From Ignavibacteriota bacterium (GTDB taxonomy: Bacteria > Bacteroidota > Ignavibacteria > UBA10030): DNA of 64,000 nt. Positions 59,740 through 64,000 of the stretch are shown here, piece by piece. Location of the stretch: assembly GCA_963701295.1 (NCBI GenBank), contig OY969585.1:1376001-1440000 (forward strand), in the 5' to 3' direction. Below the pieces are notes generated by a model that did no database searches, was not told the DNA's origin, and saw only the letters and a program-made list of their open reading frames with translations. The number at the start of each line of letters is the position of its first letter. The stretch's first letter is position 1. The position numbers and the translations under genes are program-made.

Positions 59740-61413
59740 ATGAGAGATAGAATTAAAGCCCACTGGTCTATTCTTGTTGCACTCATCACCCTTTGGGTAA
59801 TAATGACAATGTTGACCATGTCATTTATTCAACAAACAAGAGGACATTTTATATATACATTGGATGATGCATACATCCATATGGCGATGGCGAAGAATAT
59901 AGCGCTGCATGGCGTGTATGGCGTAACGCCGTATGAGTTTAGTTCGTCGTCCTCTTCTATTCTGTGGACATTGTCGCTTGCTGGTGCCTACTGGCTGTTT
60001 GGCGTGCGGGAAATACTACCGTTGTTTCTCAATATACTATTAGCTTCATGTGCTTTGGCAGCGGCATATTGTTTCCTGAAACGTGAAATGTCCAATCAGA
60101 TTGTGTTGTTGTTGGTATTGCTCGCTATAATATTTTTAACACCGCTTCCGGCAATGATATTTTGTGGTATGGAACACGTGCTGCATATTCTTCTTGTGTT
60201 TCTCTTCCTTCCAATTGCAGGGCGTGTCCTGCTGGAAAAGGAACCGACACGACAAAACACATCATCTCTTTTTCTTGTCACGGTATTATTGGTGTTAACA
60301 CGCTTCGAAAGCTATGCACTTGTTGGAATGGTGCTTGCATTGTTCTTGTTTCAAAAACGATGGAAAATTGCTTGCGCAATTTTTGCTTCGGCTGCATTAC
60401 CGTTACTCATCTATCAATATATTTCCATTGTGCATGGATGGTCATGGCTGCCCAATTCTATCCTTCTTCGTTCCAATGTGCCGGATATATTCAACAGCCA
60501 GCAGGCGATTGAAATCAGTTTGAGTTCGTTGTTTCAGCGAACAGGATTCTTTGCGAATTATTTTCACAACATTCTTGCGGGCGCTCATCTGTATGTCCTT
60601 GCGTTGACGGAGCTGGTTCTAGGTGTTATTATATTAATGCGAACACGAACGATGTGGACTTTATCAACGCTGTCGTTGGTACTTTTTGTTGTGTCAGCGT
60701 TTGCCCACCTTCAATTTGGCAAGGTTGGACATTTTTTTCGCTATGAATCGTATCTTATTGCATGGGGTATTCTTGCTTTTGCAGTTGTCTGTGCCGAACT
60801 TCTTAAATCATTTCATATAACGCCTGCCATCATACAGAAACGATGGACCGTTGGAGTCGTCATTGCAGGCATAGGCGCTCTTTTTTTAAAGCCACTTTTT
60901 TCTCGCGGGCTAGACGCATGGAATAAACTTCCTATGGCAAGCCGCAATATTTATGAACAACAATACCAAATGGGATTATTCTTGCAGAAATATTATCCTA
61001 CTGCAGTTGTGGCTGCCAACGATATTGGCGCTATTTCATTTTTAACAAATATTAAAGTGTTGGATTTGGTGGGTTTAGCAAGCGCAGATGTGCTCAATCT
61101 AAAAATGCATCATAGATACTCTCAAGAACAAGTAGAGATGCTTTTGCAACGTGCGGGGACACAGATTGCCGTTGTCTATGACTCGTGGCTGTACATGTCC
61201 GGACTCAATGCAAATTCTATGGGATGGAAAAAGGCGGGAGAATGGAAAATTCAGAATAATGTTGTGTGTGGTAGCGATAGGGTCTCTTTTTATGCCGTAC
61301 AACCGAAAGAAGAAACATTGCTACAAAAACATTTGCAGGAATATTCTGAAATACTGCCCCGAACAATCGTGCAGCATGGCAGTTATCTGCAATTATCAAA
61401 CGAAGTAAAATGA
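59740..61413 (+). CDS. GT-C-like polytopic membrane glycosyltransferase (putative)
   Basis: YTLDDAYIH, SSSSILW, GMEH, TRFE, DIGAISF, DLVGL; many TM segments; start uncertain (59719 or 59740). Confidence 0.7.
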   Translation: MRDRIKAHWSILVALITLWVIMTMLTMSFIQQTRGHFIYTLDDAYIHMAMAKNIALHGVYGVTPYEFSSSSSSILWTLSLAGAYWLFGVREILPLFLNILLASCALAAAYCFLKREMSNQIVLLLVLLAIIFLTPLPAMIFCGMEHVLHILLVFLFLPIAGRVLLEKEPTRQNTSSLFLVTVLLVLTRFESYALVGMVLALFLFQKRWKIACAIFASAALPLLIYQYISIVHGWSWLPNSILLRSNVPDIFNSQQAIEISLSSLFQRTGFFANYFHNILAGAHLYVLALTELVLGVIILMRTRTMWTLSTLSLVLFVVSAFAHLQFGKVGHFFRYESYLIAWGILAFAVVCAELLKSFHITPAIIQKRWTVGVVIAGIGALFLKPLFSRGLDAWNKLPMASRNIYEQQYQMGLFLQKYYPTAVVAANDIGAISFLTNIKVLDLVGLASADVLNLKMHHRYSQEQVEMLLQRAGTQIAVVYDSWLYMSGLNANSMGWKKAGEWKIQNNVVCGSDRVSFYAVQPKEETLLQKHLQEYSEILPRTIVQHGSYLQLSNEVK

Positions 61414-61498
61414 AACTTAGTACCAATTCGTGAGAGAAACAATTATGTCGATAACCATTGTAATGCATCTGATGGCTGTGTTTTTTTTGGGAGGTTCT

Positions 61499-62122
61499 AT
61501 GAATATCAATAATATTCACTGGCTGGGACACGCATCGTTTCGGATTGAAGATAACAAAAAAGAAATCTATATCGATCCATGGAAGATTTCGGAAAAATCC
61601 CCCAAGGCCGATATGATCTTTATTACCCACGGTCATTATGACCACTTCTCTCCGGAGGATATAGCAAAGATACGAACGAAAAAAACGATTCTGGTAGCGC
61701 CAAAGAATATTGCTGGTCAATTTCACGGAAACGTTATTGCCGTCGAACCGGGGAAAACATATGAAATCGGTTCTCTCAAAGTTACGACTGTTCCAGCGTA
61801 CAACATTAATAAGAAATTTCATCCGAAAGAAAACGGCTGGGTGGGATATATCATAACTTTGTCCAACGGTGAAAGAATCTATCACTCCGGCGATACAGAT
61901 TTTATTCCGGAGATGAAAAAGATCGTTGCGGATGTTGCTATGATGCCTTGCGGCGGAACTTATACAATGACCGCGGCAGAAGTGGCGGAAGCGGCCAATT
62001 CCTTTAAGCCGAAAATATTGATTCCCATGCACTGGGGAGATATTGTCGGCTCGAAAGCAGATGCAGAGGAAGTGAAAAAGCTTTATAAAGGTGAGACGGT
62101 GATTTTAAAACCTGAACGTTAA
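61499..62122 (+). CDS. MBL-fold metallo-hydrolase (UlaG/UPF0173-like)
   Basis: GGAGG RBS; WLGHASF, YIDP, THGHYDH, YHSGDT, IPMHW. Confidence 0.88.
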   Translation: MNINNIHWLGHASFRIEDNKKEIYIDPWKISEKSPKADMIFITHGHYDHFSPEDIAKIRTKKTILVAPKNIAGQFHGNVIAVEPGKTYEIGSLKVTTVPAYNINKKFHPKENGWVGYIITLSNGERIYHSGDTDFIPEMKKIVADVAMMPCGGTYTMTAAEVAEAANSFKPKILIPMHWGDIVGSKADAEEVKKLYKGETVILKPER

Positions 62123-62254
62123 GGTTATTCCGCTGGTTCCTCAGATTTATAGCTGATCGCGCATTACGCAAATGAGATTATTATCGTTGAATCAGTGAAA
62201 AAGAAAATTTGTAAAATTCTTCATCTATTTATCTCAATCTGAGCAATCAGTTAA

Positions 62255-63517
62255 TCATTTTTTCTTCATCTGAAGAAAACGCTCTCGATCACGCCGGTGA
62301 ATTCGCATCTTCATCCTAACATGTTCTCCTTCATATGCTCGTTCCAGTACTTCGCCGATATCATACAATTGCGCGATGAGCCTTTGACGCAAGTTTGGCA
62401 ATACGATTTCTTCAATAGTAAATTCCTTTTCCAGCAGTTTGGTAACTTCATCTTTGAGCCCGGCGATATTGATTCCTCGTGTTGCAGAAATGAAAACTCG
62501 ATTCGGGTGCTTCTCTGCAAGTGCCGATATAATATTTCGGTCTTGGAGTAGGTCGATCTTATTGAATACGATGAGAGTTGAAGTGTCGCCTGCACCGAGA
62601 TCTTCCAAGGTCTCTTGCACGACGTTAATTTGGTCCTCGTAAAACGGACTCGAGATATCTACGATATGCAAAAGAATGTCCGCCTCGGTTATTTCCTCCA
62701 ATGTACTCTTGAACGACGCCACAAGATGATGTGGGAGTTTTTTGATAAACCCTACGGTATCCGTCATAAGAATAGAGACGGCTGAATTGAGCGGGACGAG
62801 TCGAGTTGTCGGATCGAGCGTTGCGAAGAGCCGGTTTTCCACAAAAACATCGGAGCCGGAAAGCAGGTTTAAAAGCGTCGATTTACCGACATTGGTGTAC
62901 CCAACGAGCGCAGCGCGTGTATGTTTCGTCCGTCCTTTACGTTGCGTGACACGCTGTTGCGAGATGCGTTCCAGCTTTTCTTTCAGATGACTGATACGTG
63001 TGCGTATTAACCGACGGTCCGTCTCGATCTGTGTCTCACCGGGTCCTTTGGTACCGATGCCACCAAATTGTTTCGACAAATGTGTCCATTGACGTGTCAA
63101 GCGAGGCAGCAGATACTCGAGCTGTGCTAGTTCTACCTGTGTTTTCGCTTCGCTGGACTTTGCACGTGTTGCGAATATGTCAAGAATCAGACCGCTGCGG
63201 TCGACCACCTTACATTCAAGAAGACTCTCAAGATTCCGCACCTGTGCCGGTGTGAGATCGTCGTCAAAAATGACAAGCGGTATCTTTTCTTCTTGCAGTC
63301 GTTTGTGTAACTCTTCGACTTTTCCTTTTCCGATAAACGTTGCAGGTTCAGGATGATCACGATCCTGTGTTAATCTGCCTACAACTTCTGCTCCTGCTGT
63401 ATCAGCAAGTAATGCGAGCTCAGTAAGAGATTCGTCAACTTCCGTTTTGGAAGTAAGACGTGAAGGCATTCCAACGAGAATGCATTTTTCTTTTCCGGCT
63501 TGGGCTAATTCAATCAT
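62255..63517 (-). CDS. hflX: GTPase HflX
   Basis: ELALLADTAG, QVELAQ, GPGETQIETDRR, GYTNVGKS, FATLDPT, DTVGF, NKID. Confidence 0.97.
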   Translation of the reverse strand: MIELAQAGKEKCILVGMPSRLTSKTEVDESLTELALLADTAGAEVVGRLTQDRDHPEPATFIGKGKVEELHKRLQEEKIPLVIFDDDLTPAQVRNLESLLECKVVDRSGLILDIFATRAKSSEAKTQVELAQLEYLLPRLTRQWTHLSKQFGGIGTKGPGETQIETDRRLIRTRISHLKEKLERISQQRVTQRKGRTKHTRAALVGYTNVGKSTLLNLLSGSDVFVENRLFATLDPTTRLVPLNSAVSILMTDTVGFIKKLPHHLVASFKSTLEEITEADILLHIVDISSPFYEDQINVVQETLEDLGAGDTSTLIVFNKIDLLQDRNIISALAEKHPNRVFISATRGINIAGLKDEVTKLLEKEFTIEEIVLPNLRQRLIAQLYDIGEVLERAYEGEHVRMKMRIHRRDRERFLQMKKK

Positions 63518-63529
63518 AGGCGTTTTTGA

Positions 63530-64000
63530 TTATCCATTTGTGTGTGTGGTTGCTGTTGTCAAAGACCGTTTACTCTCACGTGCTACAAACATTTCGACAA
63601 TAGCAATGAGCAACGCGGCGATGAGGAACTGTTTCCAGAGTTCTGTACCAAGACGCGATTCAATAATAATGCGCTGTACTTCCTGCGGCTGATGTACTGT
63701 ATGTACGACATTGTTGGCAATGCCAAGATGCATCAACATTTTCTCCCGTCGTTTCTCGTTTGACGGAGTCGTATTGGATTCATCGGGATCGATATTGACT
63801 GCGAATTTGTCGATTATGAGATTACCAGCCTTAACGCTATAGAAACCATAGAGATCTGTGCCAGAAAAACGCATGCTTTTACCCTTTAGTCGTTGCTGTG
63901 AGTTGACAAGAACTTCCATTCCTCCCGGTTTAGTTACCGTAAGTTCAGGTGCAACCGAACTGCGAATGTGGATTGCTTTTTCATCACCAACGAACAATGA
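63530..64000 (-). CDS. C-terminal part of a BatA/vWA-associated membrane protein (5' end outside the window)
   Basis: FAVNIDPDES...ELWKQFLIAALLIAIVEM, typical C-terminal TM of this family; frame runs to the window edge. Confidence 0.6.
   Translation of the reverse strand, partial: SLFVGDEKAIHIRSSVAPELTVTKPGGMEVLVNSQQRLKGKSMRFSGTDLYGFYSVKAGNLIIDKFAVNIDPDESNTTPSNEKRREKMLMHLGIANNVVHTVHQPQEVQRIIIESRLGTELWKQFLIAALLIAIVEMFVARESKRSLTTATTHTNG

Noticed and set aside
61217-62032. 271-aa minus-strand ORF
   Set aside because: Antisense shadow of the well-supported MBL-fold gene.

Overview
Bacterial chromosomal window of moderate GC, most likely from the Ignavibacteria/Chlorobi side of the FCB group (inferred from a PorZ-like T9SS protein, bifunctional PGI/PMI, type 2 IDI and gene order). 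Most of it is housekeeping: PpiD-like chaperone, aroK-aroB, PBP1A, lpxH, fni-polyprenyl synthase-ptsH-ptsI-pgi/pmi, crp-PHP-ribH-porZ, the yceD-rpmF-plsX-fabHDG-acpP-fabF-rnc-gcvP block, rsmE, a THF-dependent histidine utilisation cluster, hflX and tRNA-Pro(TGG). Three things stand out. (1) At 29.3-31.1 kb there is an integrase-less integron-like cassette array with two attC-bounded cassettes (one a TIR-domain gene) and a strong cassette-facing promoter. Its attI position is occupied by a head-to-tail array of four to five 28-bp, 11-6-11 dif/Xer-like sites. (2) At 20-25 kb there is a run of apparent pseudo-enzymes: a dead EEP lipoprotein, two tandem TPR/TerB-like/receiver paralogues with Glu at the phospho-Asp position, and a degenerate M23 protein. 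(3) A hybrid kinase lacking the H-box His, a sigma54 activator, SixA and an adenosine-specific kinase-family gene sit inside the hut cluster. Two housekeeping genes carry single-base +1 frameshifts that are probably sequencing errors. All family calls come from motif recognition by eye; no database search was run.
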